Source: Spirochaetia bacterium
Lineage (GTDB): Bacteria; Spirochaetota; Spirochaetia; CAKZLE01
NCBI GenBank assembly: GCA_963677595.1
Contig: OY782041.1
Span: 2,752,001-2,816,000, forward strand
Length of the DNA: 64,000 nucleotides
Direction: 5' to 3'
Shown: in pieces, positions 19,057-29,060 of the stretch
How positions within the stretch are numbered: the stretch's first letter is position 1
Layout: each line of letters starts with the position of its first letter
Translations under genes and position numbers: made by a program
Notes under the pieces: generated by a model
What the model was told of the DNA's origin: nothing
Seen by the model: only the letters and a program-made list of their open reading frames with translations
Databases searched by the model: none

Positions 19057-19750
19057 GAAGATACTGATCGTTGAGGATGAATACCCCATCGCCAAGGCGA
19101 TCCATGACGGCCTGGTCGACGAGGGCTATGAACCTGAGATCGCAGGGAGCGGGGAGGAGGCGTTCAAGAAGGATATCGCATCCTTCTCGATGGCCATCCT
19201 CGACATCAGGCTGCCGGGGATGGATGGCTACGAGGTCTGCCGGAGGATCCGGCAGGAGGAGCACAACTTCCCCGTCATCTTCCTCTCGGCACGCGATGAG
19301 GTGACCGATAGGGTGATCGGCCTCGAGATGGGGGCTGATGACTATATGGTCAAGCCCTTCTCCTTCCGGGAGCTCCTCTCCCGGGTGAAGGCCCAGCTGA
19401 GACGGGCCTACGGGACGCTGGCGAACGAGCCCAAGAGTCCTGACCGGCTCGTCATCGGGCAGCTCGCCGTGGACCAGAAGTCCATGCGGGTCTTCCGGGA
19501 CGGGAAGGATGTCTATCTTACCCCGATCGAGTACCGCATCCTCTCGCTCTTCCTCGAATACCCGGGACAGGTCCTCACCCGCGACCAGATCATCACCCAT
19601 GTCTGGGGTGATGCCTGGACGGTGGACGATCCCAGGAGCGTCAATGTCCATATCAGGCATCTGCGGGAGAAGATCGAGGAAGACCCTGCCCAGCCGGAGC
19701 TGGTGAAGACCATCAGGGGCTACGGGTACCGGTTCGATCTCCAAGATTGA
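19046..19750 (+). CDS. OmpR/PhoB family response regulator
   Basis: ILIVEDE, LDIRLPGMDG, GADDYMVKPF and winged helix VNVHIRHLREKIE..TIRGYGY. Confidence 0.95.
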   Translation: MSHKKILIVEDEYPIAKAIHDGLVDEGYEPEIAGSGEEAFKKDIASFSMAILDIRLPGMDGYEVCRRIRQEEHNFPVIFLSARDEVTDRVIGLEMGADDYMVKPFSFRELLSRVKAQLRRAYGTLANEPKSPDRLVIGQLAVDQKSMRVFRDGKDVYLTPIEYRILSLFLEYPGQVLTRDQIITHVWGDAWTVDDPRSVNVHIRHLREKIEEDPAQPELVKTIRGYGYRFDLQD

Positions 19751-19839
19751 GAAATCTTAATCTTGGCACAACCTGGTTTGAATACTCGATGACTATAGTA
19801 GAGACATCAAGAGAATGAGTATTCGAATGGAGGAATATC

Positions 19840-20847
19840 ATGAAACGAATTGATCGATACCTGAGTATCCTGGTACTTGGAGGACTGATTTTCTCAACAT
19901 CAGCCATATTCGCGAATGGGACGCAGGAACAGTCCTCTGAAACCCCGGAATACATCGGGGAGGCCGAGAAGCCGGAAGCAGCCGCAGCACCTGAAGCAGC
20001 CCTCCCTCAAGACGAGGCGACTGAGACAGCCGACGATGAACTGGCGCTCGTTGCCGGTGCAGGCGTGGTGATCACTGACGTGGTCGAGGACAGTGCCGCT
20101 GCCAAGGCAGGTCTGCTCCGGGGAGATGTCATCCTCTCTGTGAACGGTACCGAGGTAGCATCTGTCGCTGGGATCACCGACAGCATCAGCGGTCTCTCCC
20201 ATGGCGACGCGGTTACCCTGGCAGTCACCAGGGGTGGTGAGGATATGGAGATCACCCTCAACCTGGAGACAAGGATCGGCTGGCCGCTGATCGGCATCTA
20301 CGGGATGGGACAGCAGGAGTCACGAGGCCAGCGAGGCGGTATGATGAACAACGGCTGGCAGGACCTTGAGGACCTGTTCGGGCGTATGGGCGGCGGTAAT
20401 AACTACCGATGGGAGGACATGACCCCCGGTAACGGCCTGAGCCTCCGCTTCGACGAGAACTTCCCCGAGGAATACCTTGACCAGTATTATGCAGGGGATG
20501 CGGTCATCGTCACCGATGTCGTCGCTGACAGCCCTGCAGCAACAGGCGGGATCAACGCTGGTGCGGTCATCCTCGATGTTGACGGAAAAGAAGTTGCTGA
20601 CGGGGACCTGAAGAGCGTCATCCTCAGCTACAAGAGTAATGACGAGATCACGCTGACCGTCTACCAGGACGAGGAAGTGAGCGACATCACCATCACCCTC
20701 GGCGATGCCGACGGGAACCCGTCCCTCGGTGTCTACTACCATCCGGCAGGCGAAGCCATGATGCAGTACAACAACCAGTACGGCGGACAGGGGAATATGA
20801 TGCCCCAGGGCTTCCCCCGGAACAACTTCGACAGGCAGGACGGCTGA
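19840..20847 (+). CDS. Secreted tandem-PDZ domain protein
   Basis: Signal peptide (…IFANGTQE); two PDZ folds (VVEDSAAAKAGLLRGDVILSVNG; VVADSPAATGGINAGAVILDVDG); no protease domain. Confidence 0.85.
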   Translation: MKRIDRYLSILVLGGLIFSTSAIFANGTQEQSSETPEYIGEAEKPEAAAAPEAALPQDEATETADDELALVAGAGVVITDVVEDSAAAKAGLLRGDVILSVNGTEVASVAGITDSISGLSHGDAVTLAVTRGGEDMEITLNLETRIGWPLIGIYGMGQQESRGQRGGMMNNGWQDLEDLFGRMGGGNNYRWEDMTPGNGLSLRFDENFPEEYLDQYYAGDAVIVTDVVADSPAATGGINAGAVILDVDGKEVADGDLKSVILSYKSNDEITLTVYQDEEVSDITITLGDADGNPSLGVYYHPAGEAMMQYNNQYGGQGNMMPQGFPRNNFDRQDG

Positions 20848-20869
20848 CCAAGAAGCTGTCCCGTAAGGA

Positions 20870-22366
20870 ATGAGTACGATGAAGAGTTTGAAGAATAGGC
20901 TGATCCTGAGCTACTTCGGTTTGACCCTGCTGACACTGCTGACGCTCGGGGGGCTGTTCTTCTTCATGGTGAACCGGTATTCCCAACAGGCCGAATCGGC
21001 GCTGTCCGAAGAGGTCCGGCAGCGGGCTTTGGGCCAGGTCTACGAGTTCATGCAGGAGTCCCCCGATATCGGGGAACTCCGCATCTTCATCGACAGTATC
21101 GAACGCGCACAGGGTGTGGACATCCAGCTCTCCGATGGGGAGGGTGAGGATGTCTTCTCCCAGTATACCGACAGTGCCATCTTCACGATCTCATCAGATG
21201 ATGAACTCTCCCAGATGCTCAACATGATGGGGCAGCAGGGGATGCGCAGCAACCCGAGGGGCCCCGGGATCCAGTGGCAGTTCTTCTTCGGGAAGTCGGA
21301 CCATGAGGACCTCGCAGGCCTCCTTTCTGACGGCCTGATCGATTTCTCCATAGCGGGAAGCGTCCAGACCGGTGAGCTTACCGTACACCCACCTGCCGGT
21401 GACCGGTTGAGCTATTTCAACCCCATCGGCATCATCTTCCTCATCGCAGCAGGATTCGTCCTGCTCATATCGGGTATCCTCGGGTGGAGGATCGGCGATT
21501 CCCTCACCAGGCCGCTGAGAGACCTGACCGGGGTGGTGAACCGGATGAGCGAGGGCGACCTGGATGCCAGGGTGGAGACCTCCTTGAAAGATGAGGAACT
21601 CAGCCAGCTTGCCGAGCAGATCAACACCATGGCCGGTGAACTCCAGGGGACGATCACGAGCCTGCAGCAGGAGCGTGACATCATGCAGCGGTTCCTCATG
21701 GATGCATCCCATGAACTGCGGACCCCGGTCACCGCATTGAGTGCCTATCTCGAACTCCTCTCCGGCAAGGCCGGATATGACCCGGACCGCAGGAACGAGT
21801 ACATCGAGATGTGCATCTCCCAGAATGACCGCAGTCGCGATATCATCGTGAACCTCCTCGACCTCCTGCGCATCGAGCAGTTCGAGGGGAAGGAGCAGAA
21901 GCACCTCGAGTCGATCAGTGTCCCTGAGCTTACCGACCAGGTCGTATCGATGATTAGCCCCATAGCTGAGGCCAAGGGAATCGGAATCTCCGAGACCGGC
22001 AGCCTCCCGGAGGATGCCTCCATCATCGGGGATAAGTTCCAGCTGACTACTGCATTGAAGAACGTCCTCGAGAACAGCATCAAGTACTCCCCAGCCCAGA
22101 GCCATATCTCGCTTGCCTCAGATATCACAGGTGGCGATGTGCGGTTCACCATCACCGACGAGGGCCCCGGGATACCCGAGGAGGACCTCGAACGGGTCTA
22201 TGACCGGTTCTTCCGGTCTACCAAGGCCACGGGTACCGGCTCCGGTCTCGGGCTTTCCATGGTCAAGCGCATCATTGAGAACCATGGCGGGCACATCGAG
22301 ATCACTAACAGGACGGAGAGTCCCGGACTGCAGGCTGTGATCAGTCTGCCGTTGGCAGAAGCTTGA
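20870..22366 (+). CDS. HAMP-domain sensor histidine kinase
   Basis: 2 TMs, HAMP, ASHELRTP, ENSIKYS, DEGPGI and GSGLGLSMV. Confidence 0.95.
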   Translation: MSTMKSLKNRLILSYFGLTLLTLLTLGGLFFFMVNRYSQQAESALSEEVRQRALGQVYEFMQESPDIGELRIFIDSIERAQGVDIQLSDGEGEDVFSQYTDSAIFTISSDDELSQMLNMMGQQGMRSNPRGPGIQWQFFFGKSDHEDLAGLLSDGLIDFSIAGSVQTGELTVHPPAGDRLSYFNPIGIIFLIAAGFVLLISGILGWRIGDSLTRPLRDLTGVVNRMSEGDLDARVETSLKDEELSQLAEQINTMAGELQGTITSLQQERDIMQRFLMDASHELRTPVTALSAYLELLSGKAGYDPDRRNEYIEMCISQNDRSRDIIVNLLDLLRIEQFEGKEQKHLESISVPELTDQVVSMISPIAEAKGIGISETGSLPEDASIIGDKFQLTTALKNVLENSIKYSPAQSHISLASDITGGDVRFTITDEGPGIPEEDLERVYDRFFRSTKATGTGSGLGLSMVKRIIENHGGHIEITNRTESPGLQAVISLPLAEA

Positions 22367-22422
22367 GCTCTGCCTTTGCAAATTGTGACTGTATCAGGTA
22401 TACTGGTCATAAGGAGCGGGGG

Positions 22423-22974
22423 ATGCCGAGAAAGTTCACGACAGCAGAACAGGAACTCATATCTGGGAAACTGGTCACCGAAGGGATCGACCTCTTCACC
22501 GCATCAGGCTATGCCCATGTAACAGTCGATGAACTCGTGGAACGAGCAGGCATCTCGAAGGGGGCATTCTACCTCTTCTTTGACTCCAAGCTCTCACTCT
22601 ACTGGGAGGTCGTCCGCATCATCTCGGAACGGGTCGATGAACAGGTCCCGGAGTTGATCGACCAGGAACGAAAGCATCCTGACCGCATATTCCTGAGCCT
22701 TATAGAATTGTCCCATGACGTGCAGCAGCGCTATGCACTCTTGAATTCCACGGAGACCGCTCTCCTCACCGGGACCCCGCAGGTCAGGATCTCCGGGAAG
22801 ACGGTCGTGAACACCCTCAAGTCGATCGGGGTGGCCTGCGACTTCACACCGGCAGCTGTCGAACAGCTGCTTGCTGCTGTGGGGAGGGTCTCCTTCGGGG
22901 AGACAGAGACCGAGGGCGAACGGCTGTTGAACGAAGTGCTCGACACCGGGTTCTCGGCTTTCATACGGTACTGA
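22423..22974 (+). CDS. TetR/AcrR family regulator
   Basis: MPRKFT...VTVDELVERAGISKGAFYLFFDSK; SD AAGGAG. Confidence 0.88.
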   Translation: MPRKFTTAEQELISGKLVTEGIDLFTASGYAHVTVDELVERAGISKGAFYLFFDSKLSLYWEVVRIISERVDEQVPELIDQERKHPDRIFLSLIELSHDVQQRYALLNSTETALLTGTPQVRISGKTVVNTLKSIGVACDFTPAAVEQLLAAVGRVSFGETETEGERLLNEVLDTGFSAFIRY

Positions 22975-22990
22975 TCCGCAGTCTACGAAC

Positions 22991-23626
22991 TTATGATGCC
23001 CGTATCTCCTTGAGGTAGTTGTAGAGGGTGGCTTGCGAGATGCTCAGCAGTTCGCAGACCTTGGGTACAGCCTTGCGGACATCGAAGACCCCTTTCTCAT
23101 CCAACTGCTTCAGGATGTTCAGGCGCGCATCCCGGGAGTTGATGTCGATACCAGTGTGCTTCATGCGTTCGATCTCGCTGAAGATCAGGTTGTTGGTCAA
23201 CAGGTCGATAGAATCTTCAGGATTCACCTCGGTGTGGTTCTGCTGCTTCGAGAACGGTTCCCTGATGTCCGTGAAGAAGGAGAGGAAGCTCTGGAAGCGT
23301 TCTATCTCGGCGATGTTCTGGTTGACGCAGAGGACATAGCGCAGCTCCCCGGAATCATCCCGGATGAACATGTTCGATGACCTCAACGGCAGCGAGTTGC
23401 TTGAGGTCCCCCGATACCCGCAGACGAAATCCTTGTTATGCTCGGCGAGTTTCTCCATGATCCGCACCAGGGCGGCATCGTCCTTGGCCCCGACCTGCCG
23501 GCCGGTGATCACCCCGTTCTCGAGTGCGATGATCTCTTGCTTCACCACATCATGCAGGGCGATCTCCGCGGAGGGCCCGATCACTTCAGCGACGAACTGT
23601 ACAAATTGTTTCAGTAACTGTTCCAT
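22991..23626 (-). CDS. YheO-like PAS + HTH transcriptional regulator (DauR-like)
   Basis: EIALHD, ITGRQVG, LRSSNMFIRD, LCVN and C-terminal GVFDVRKAV...ISQATLYNYL. Confidence 0.9.
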   Translation of the reverse strand: MEQLLKQFVQFVAEVIGPSAEIALHDVVKQEIIALENGVITGRQVGAKDDAALVRIMEKLAEHNKDFVCGYRGTSSNSLPLRSSNMFIRDDSGELRYVLCVNQNIAEIERFQSFLSFFTDIREPFSKQQNHTEVNPEDSIDLLTNNLIFSEIERMKHTGIDINSRDARLNILKQLDEKGVFDVRKAVPKVCELLSISQATLYNYLKEIRAS

Positions 23627-23661
23627 ACATTCAACCTTCTCTTTCTATTATATGCATGGTT

Positions 23662-23739
23662 TAGAAAAAAATTACAAGTACTATTGACATATTTGAAATA
23701 TGGATGTAAAAATATTATTGCTACTAGAAAAATATTACA
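23662..23739 (+). promoter_or_regulatory. Promoter with three 15-bp boxes (candidate YheO operator)
   Basis: TAGAA-N5-TTACA (23662, 23725) and TGTAA-N5-TTATT (23705) around TTGACA at 23684. Confidence 0.6.
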
Positions 23740-23843
23740 ATTTTTCATAGTGATCGATCTTGGGGAGAAAGACGGTCATGGGAGATCAGGTTCACGATCA
23801 ACATTCTGGATAGGATGAAAGCACTGCAAAAAGAGGTAATGAG

Positions 23844-25118
23844 ATGAGTTTTCAATTGATCGCTACATTGATTATTATAGCTGTCACTATAATAATGTTC
23901 GTGTCAAATAAAGTGGATTATGGTTTGGTCTGCTTCTTCATCGTTGTGTCCTTGACTCTTACGAAAGTCATGACAGCGCAGGATGCCCTGGCAAGTTTCG
24001 CGAATAACAACGTAATCCTGCTCGGTGCCATGTTCATCGTAGGTGCAGGTCTGACCAAGACGGGTATCACAGCGAATATAGCATCCCTGCTCTATGGAGC
24101 CAAGGGAAAACCGAAACTGCTGATTGCGATTGCCAGTATTGCCGGAGCTCTTATCTCTGCCTTGGTGAGTCCCGTCATCGCAGTCCCGGTATTGCTTCCT
24201 GTGTTGGCAGAGTTGGCTAATGAGAGCGGCATCAGCAGAAGCCGCCTCCTTTTCCCCATGGCAGCCAGCGTGAACTATGGTGCAGCTGTCACAATTTTAG
24301 GGTTTGGAGCATTCAACCCGATCTCCAACAACCTCATGATGCAGGCAGGTGGTACGATTCCGCTTCGCATGATCGATTTTACCATCGCAAGGGCGCCTTT
24401 TGTCGTCATCGCGATCCTCTACTTTGTATTCATCGGGTATAAACTACTGCCTGACACCCCTAACAGCAGTTTTAACGACTCATTTTCGTACAACCCTGAG
24501 AAAGAGGCAGAGATTGGCAAGCATAAGAAGCACCAGGCAGCTGTTATCTCAATCCTGACTGTTGCTGGGCTGTTTGTCTCTGATTATATCGCAATAGCAC
24601 CCTGGATCATCGCAGTTGCTGGAGCTGCTGCATTTATTGCCTTCGGCATCCTGAAACCCAATGACGCATACAGTTCCATCAGTGCCCCGACCATGTTCCT
24701 GTTTATTGGTATCCTGACCCTGAACAATGCGATGAATGCTTCTGGAGCATCCGAATTTGTCGGCGGGGTCCTGGCTAATGCCCTGGGAGGAGCGGTGAAT
24801 CCTTACTTCGTGCTCTTCATGCTGATGCTCGTCACGTTGGTCATGACCCAGTTCATGTCAAATATGATCATCGTTGTCTTTGCCGGAATCGTCGCCATGG
24901 TCTGTGTCCAGCTCGGATTCGATCCTCGAGCGGCTGTCATGGGAGTGCAGATCGCAGGAAGTGCTTCGATCCTGACTCCGATGGCCAGTCCCGTACAAGC
25001 TATGATCGCTGTTCCAGGACAATACCAGATCAAGGATTTCGTGAAGAGCGGGTTGCCGCTCGTTATCATAACCATCGTGATCGCGACGTTCTTCCTGCCG
25101 ATGCTGTTCCCGTTCTGA
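23844..25118 (+). CDS. SLC13/DASS-like (CitMHS) permease
   Basis: About 12 TMs; GAGLTKTG, SRSRLLFPMA, TQFMSN and LTPMASP. Confidence 0.85.
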   Translation: MSFQLIATLIIIAVTIIMFVSNKVDYGLVCFFIVVSLTLTKVMTAQDALASFANNNVILLGAMFIVGAGLTKTGITANIASLLYGAKGKPKLLIAIASIAGALISALVSPVIAVPVLLPVLAELANESGISRSRLLFPMAASVNYGAAVTILGFGAFNPISNNLMMQAGGTIPLRMIDFTIARAPFVVIAILYFVFIGYKLLPDTPNSSFNDSFSYNPEKEAEIGKHKKHQAAVISILTVAGLFVSDYIAIAPWIIAVAGAAAFIAFGILKPNDAYSSISAPTMFLFIGILTLNNAMNASGASEFVGGVLANALGGAVNPYFVLFMLMLVTLVMTQFMSNMIIVVFAGIVAMVCVQLGFDPRAAVMGVQIAGSASILTPMASPVQAMIAVPGQYQIKDFVKSGLPLVIITIVIATFFLPMLFPF

Positions 25119-25126
25119 GGTTATAG

Positions 25127-26302
25127 ATGAAAAACATATTGATCCATGGTGGTGATATCATACCATGTACGGGAGATGGGATTCTCAAGAACCATTCAGT
25201 TCTTATAGAGGAAGGCCGTATTGCTGCAATAATCCCTCAAGATACCCAATTGGATACAGAGGAGGCAGAAATCATTGATGCTGCAGGGAAATTCATCCTT
25301 CCTGGACTCATCAACTGTCACGAGCATGTCTTGTCGAATCCGGACAACCTGTCTTCTGCACCGGAAGTCTATGAGCACGTGATCATGTATGGGACCAAGA
25401 ACCTGGAGACCCTGTTGAACCATGGGTTTACGACGGTTCGCTCCATGGCTGACTTCCACAACCTTGAGATGGTGTTCCGGGATGCCGTCGAAGAGGGGAT
25501 CATCAATGGACCGTCACTGGTGGTCACCGGTATTGCCCTGTCCGCGACCGGGGGACACCTCAGTGAGAAGCTGCACTGCTGTGATACGGTCGCTCTTGCT
25601 GAACAGTATACGCAGGAGCAGTTGGCGAAAGGGGCTGATTTCATCAAGGTAATGGTGACTGGAGGAGTCACTACTGCCGGTACAGCAGACGAAGTCAAAA
25701 TTGATGAGGAGTGTCTGCGTGCAATCGTGAAGATCGCCCATGCGTCCGGGAAGAAGGTCTCAACGCACTGTATTGGCGGTAAGGGAGTCCAGATGGCTGT
25801 AAGAGCTGGTGTTGACTGCATTGAACATGGAAGCGGCTTGGCTGCGGAGAGTGCTGCACTCATGAAGCAGAACAATATATTTCTGGTGCCTACACTGATG
25901 CCTGCTTACATGAACGCAGTCTGCCCGAAGAACAAAGGCTTGCCTGAATTCATCAAAACTAAATCCGAGGAGTACCTTGCAGCTTCACGAGAAGCCATAG
26001 CGCTTGCACATCGTGAGGGACTCAGGATTGTCATGGGGACGGACGGTGGTGCGGTTAACACCCCGCATGAGACGGGTGCCTTCGAATTGAAACTGCTGCA
26101 TGATGCGGGATTGACTCCCATGGAATGTATCCTCGCTGCTACGAGGGACGCAGCGGACCTTCTGGAACTCCTGGAAGACAGGGGTACAGTAGAGGTCGGG
26201 AAACGTGCTGACCTCATCATTGTGGATGAGAACCCCCTGGACAACCTAGAGGTCCTTCAGCACGTGACCCATGTAATACAGATGGGTATGCTGGTGCGCT
26301 GA
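25127..26302 (+). CDS. Metal-dependent amidohydrolase (Xaa-Pro dipeptidase-like subfamily), copy 1
   Basis: LPGLINCHEH, GFTTVR, TGGH, FIK, STHC, IEHG, GTDGG and GKRADLI. Confidence 0.92.
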   Translation: MKNILIHGGDIIPCTGDGILKNHSVLIEEGRIAAIIPQDTQLDTEEAEIIDAAGKFILPGLINCHEHVLSNPDNLSSAPEVYEHVIMYGTKNLETLLNHGFTTVRSMADFHNLEMVFRDAVEEGIINGPSLVVTGIALSATGGHLSEKLHCCDTVALAEQYTQEQLAKGADFIKVMVTGGVTTAGTADEVKIDEECLRAIVKIAHASGKKVSTHCIGGKGVQMAVRAGVDCIEHGSGLAAESAALMKQNNIFLVPTLMPAYMNAVCPKNKGLPEFIKTKSEEYLAASREAIALAHREGLRIVMGTDGGAVNTPHETGAFELKLLHDAGLTPMECILAATRDAADLLELLEDRGTVEVGKRADLIIVDENPLDNLEVLQHVTHVIQMGMLVR

Positions 26303-26389
26303 TCGGGACTCTTGTACGATCCCGTGGTTCATCTTCTTAGTTCGTGGGGTCGGCATCAGGTATGATACAAGTCAAGGAAGGTCGAGACG

Positions 26390-27565
26390 ATGAAGTCAAT
26401 ACTGCTGAAGAATGCCCAGGTGATCAGCTGCAATGGGGATGAGGTCTTACACCACCAGAACATCCTGATCGAAGATGGTGTCATCAGATCCATACAGGGA
26501 GATGATACGTTATCCATCCCGGATGGTGCTGAGGTGATCGATGTTGATGGGGGCTACGTCCTTCCCGGCCTGATCACCTGTCATGAGCATGTGCTCATGC
26601 GACCTGACAGGATGCCTACTGATCCCGAGGTCTATGAGCATGTCATCATGTACGGTGCGGTGAATGCCCTGGAACTGCTCCAGAATGGTTTCACCACGGT
26701 ACGGTCGATGTCTGACTTCTGGAACCTCGAGATGGTGCTGCGGGATGCGATCGATACCGGGGTCATCGAAGGTCCGTCCCTAGTCGTCACCGGTAAAGGT
26801 ATGACCGCGACCGGCGGCCATTTCGATGATAAGCTGCACTGCTGTGATACCGCCCAGCTGGCTGAGAAGTATACACAGGAACAGCTGGACAAGGGTGGTG
26901 ACTTCATCAAGGTCTTCCTGACCGGTGGAGTCACCACCGTCGGGACAACCGATGAGGCAAAACTGGGTGAGGCGCAGCTGAAGGCGATCATCTCAACGGC
27001 TCATGCCGCAGGGAAGAAAGTGGCTGCCCACTGTATCGGGCAGAAGGGTGTGATCCTGGCGGCACAAGCCGGAGTCGATTCCATCGAGCATGGGTGCGGC
27101 CTGGATGAAGAGAGCATCCGCTATATATTGGAGAAGAATATCATCCTGGTTCCCACGATCCTGCCCGGGTACATGAACTATATATCGCCGAAGAGGAAGT
27201 TCTTTCCCAAGTTCTTCCTGGAGAAATCTGACCAGTACCTTGCGGACTGCAGGAAGGCTGCCGTCATGGCAAGGGAAGCTGGTGTGAGGATCGCCATGGG
27301 CACTGATGGCGGAGCTCCGAACACGCCCCATTCAGGAGGGGCACAGGAGCTCATCCTCCTTTCCGAGCTTGGGTATACACCCATGGAATGCCTGCATGCT
27401 GCAACGGATACTGCAGCGGAACTCCTTGGTCTTCTGGATGACCGGGGGACGGTTGAGGAAGGCAAGAGGGCAGATCTCATCATCGTCGATGAGAATCCGT
27501 TAGAGAACCTTGCAGTGTTGAAGGATGTAAAGCATGTCCTGAAGGCGGGGAAGATTATTCGCTAG
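26390..27565 (+). CDS. Metal-dependent amidohydrolase, copy 2 (paralog of upstream gene)
   Basis: LPGLITCHEH, GFTTVR, TGGH, AAHC, IEHG and GTDGG; colinear with copy 1. Confidence 0.92.
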   Translation: MKSILLKNAQVISCNGDEVLHHQNILIEDGVIRSIQGDDTLSIPDGAEVIDVDGGYVLPGLITCHEHVLMRPDRMPTDPEVYEHVIMYGAVNALELLQNGFTTVRSMSDFWNLEMVLRDAIDTGVIEGPSLVVTGKGMTATGGHFDDKLHCCDTAQLAEKYTQEQLDKGGDFIKVFLTGGVTTVGTTDEAKLGEAQLKAIISTAHAAGKKVAAHCIGQKGVILAAQAGVDSIEHGCGLDEESIRYILEKNIILVPTILPGYMNYISPKRKFFPKFFLEKSDQYLADCRKAAVMAREAGVRIAMGTDGGAPNTPHSGGAQELILLSELGYTPMECLHAATDTAAELLGLLDDRGTVEEGKRADLIIVDENPLENLAVLKDVKHVLKAGKIIR

Positions 27566-27575
27566 TCACTGCAGT

Positions 27576-27606
27576 ATCCCCTATGGATGAATCATCCATA
27601 GGGGAT
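27576..27606. repeat. Perfect 15-bp inverted repeat (intergenic hairpin)
   Basis: ATCCCCTATGGATGA-A-TCATCCATAGGGGAT; no U-tract. Confidence 0.8.
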
Positions 27607-27651
27607 CTTCATCTCTTTAGCCTGTGATTACAACGTAAGGAGCATAGATCG

Positions 27652-28857
27652 ATGAACCACCTGTTTGCAGGACGGATGTCCAGGATGAAGAGTTCAGATA
27701 TCAGGGAGATCCTCAAATTCACGAAGAACCCAGAGGTGATCTCATTTGCCGGCGGCCTTCCAGCCCCCGAGCACTTCCCGGTAGCTGAAGTCATCGAGGC
27801 AAACCGGTTGGTGCTGGAGGAAGAAGGAGCGAAAGCGCTCCAGTATGCTCCAACAGAGGGGTACCTGCCCTTGAGGACCTGGATCGCCGAACGGATGAAC
27901 CGGATTCTCCAGACTACCTATACAGCTGATGAGATCCTCATCACGAACGGGGCACAGCAGGCCCTGGACCTTACCGGCATGGTATTCCTCGATCCCGGTG
28001 ACATCGTGGTATGCGAATCCCCAACCTACATGGCGGCGCTCAGTGCGTTCAAAGCCTATGAATGCCGGTTCCTGGAAGTCCCGACCGATGAAGAGGGGAT
28101 GGACCCGGCTGTACTCGAGGATATCCTGAGCCGGCATGAGCAGGTGAAGCTCATCTACACGGTCCCCGATTTCCAGAATCCCACCGGGAGGACCTGGAGC
28201 GCAGAGCGCAGAAAGCAGGTCGCGGCGCTGGCTGAGCGGTTCGGGGTTATGATCGTCGAGGACAATCCCTATGGTGAACTGCGCTTCGAGGGTGAAGCAC
28301 TGCCCTCCATACGGTCCTTCGTCCGAAGCGGGCAGGTGGTGAACCTCGGGACCTTCTCCAAGATCTTCTGTCCCGGTTACCGGATCGGCTGGATAGCCGG
28401 GAATGCAGAGCTCATCAGCAAGTTCGTCCAGGTGAAGCAGGGTGTGGACCTGCAGAGCAGCACGTTATCGCAGATGGTGATCTCCAAGTACCTGGAACTG
28501 AACGATATCGATGTGCAGATCGCCAGGATAGTCGAGACCTACCGCAGCAGGCGTGATACAGCCATTCGTACGATGGAAGAGGTCTTCCCGGACAGTATTG
28601 CCTTCACCAGGCCGCAGGGAGGACTCTTTATCTGGGTGGAACTGCCCGAATACCTCAATGCAAGGGAGCTGCTTGAGCGCTGCATCGAACACAACGTCGC
28701 CTTCGTTCCCGGAGGAGCGTTCTTCCCCAACAGCAGTCGTGAGAATACCTTGAGGATCAACTTCTCCTTCATGGATGAAGGACTCATCGAACAGGGCCTC
28801 ACGACCATGGGTGAGGTGATCAGGGAGATGGTCCAGGCAACCTGCGCTTTCGTATAA
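27652..28857 (+). CDS. PLP-dependent class I aminotransferase (aromatic/2-aminoadipate type)
   Basis: ISFAGGLP, LQY, FQNPTG, EDNPYGEL and GTFSKIFCPGYRIGW. Confidence 0.93.
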   Translation: MNHLFAGRMSRMKSSDIREILKFTKNPEVISFAGGLPAPEHFPVAEVIEANRLVLEEEGAKALQYAPTEGYLPLRTWIAERMNRILQTTYTADEILITNGAQQALDLTGMVFLDPGDIVVCESPTYMAALSAFKAYECRFLEVPTDEEGMDPAVLEDILSRHEQVKLIYTVPDFQNPTGRTWSAERRKQVAALAERFGVMIVEDNPYGELRFEGEALPSIRSFVRSGQVVNLGTFSKIFCPGYRIGWIAGNAELISKFVQVKQGVDLQSSTLSQMVISKYLELNDIDVQIARIVETYRSRRDTAIRTMEEVFPDSIAFTRPQGGLFIWVELPEYLNARELLERCIEHNVAFVPGGAFFPNSSRENTLRINFSFMDEGLIEQGLTTMGEVIREMVQATCAFV

Positions 28858-28947
28858 CGAATCCAGTCTTTCCCTCTCCACAGATCGATCTTACGTACTC
28901 CCTTCGCCGCTTTTCCAGTTCACGCTTCCATCAGTTCTAAGATGAGA

Positions 28948-29046
28948 TATAAAAATATTATAGAAAATATAAAAAATTTCTAAATACATATTGACGACTG
29001 CGAAATGATGGTGTAAAAAATATATAAGTACTAGAAAATAATTCTA
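28948..29046 (+). promoter_or_regulatory. buk promoter with four 15-bp boxes (candidate YheO operator)
   Basis: TATAA-N5-TTATA (28948), TATAA-N5-TTCTA (28968), TGTAA-N5-ATATA (29012) and TAGAA-N5-TTCTA (29032) around TTGACG at 28991. Confidence 0.6.
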
Positions 29047-29060
29047 ACAGGAGTTGTACA

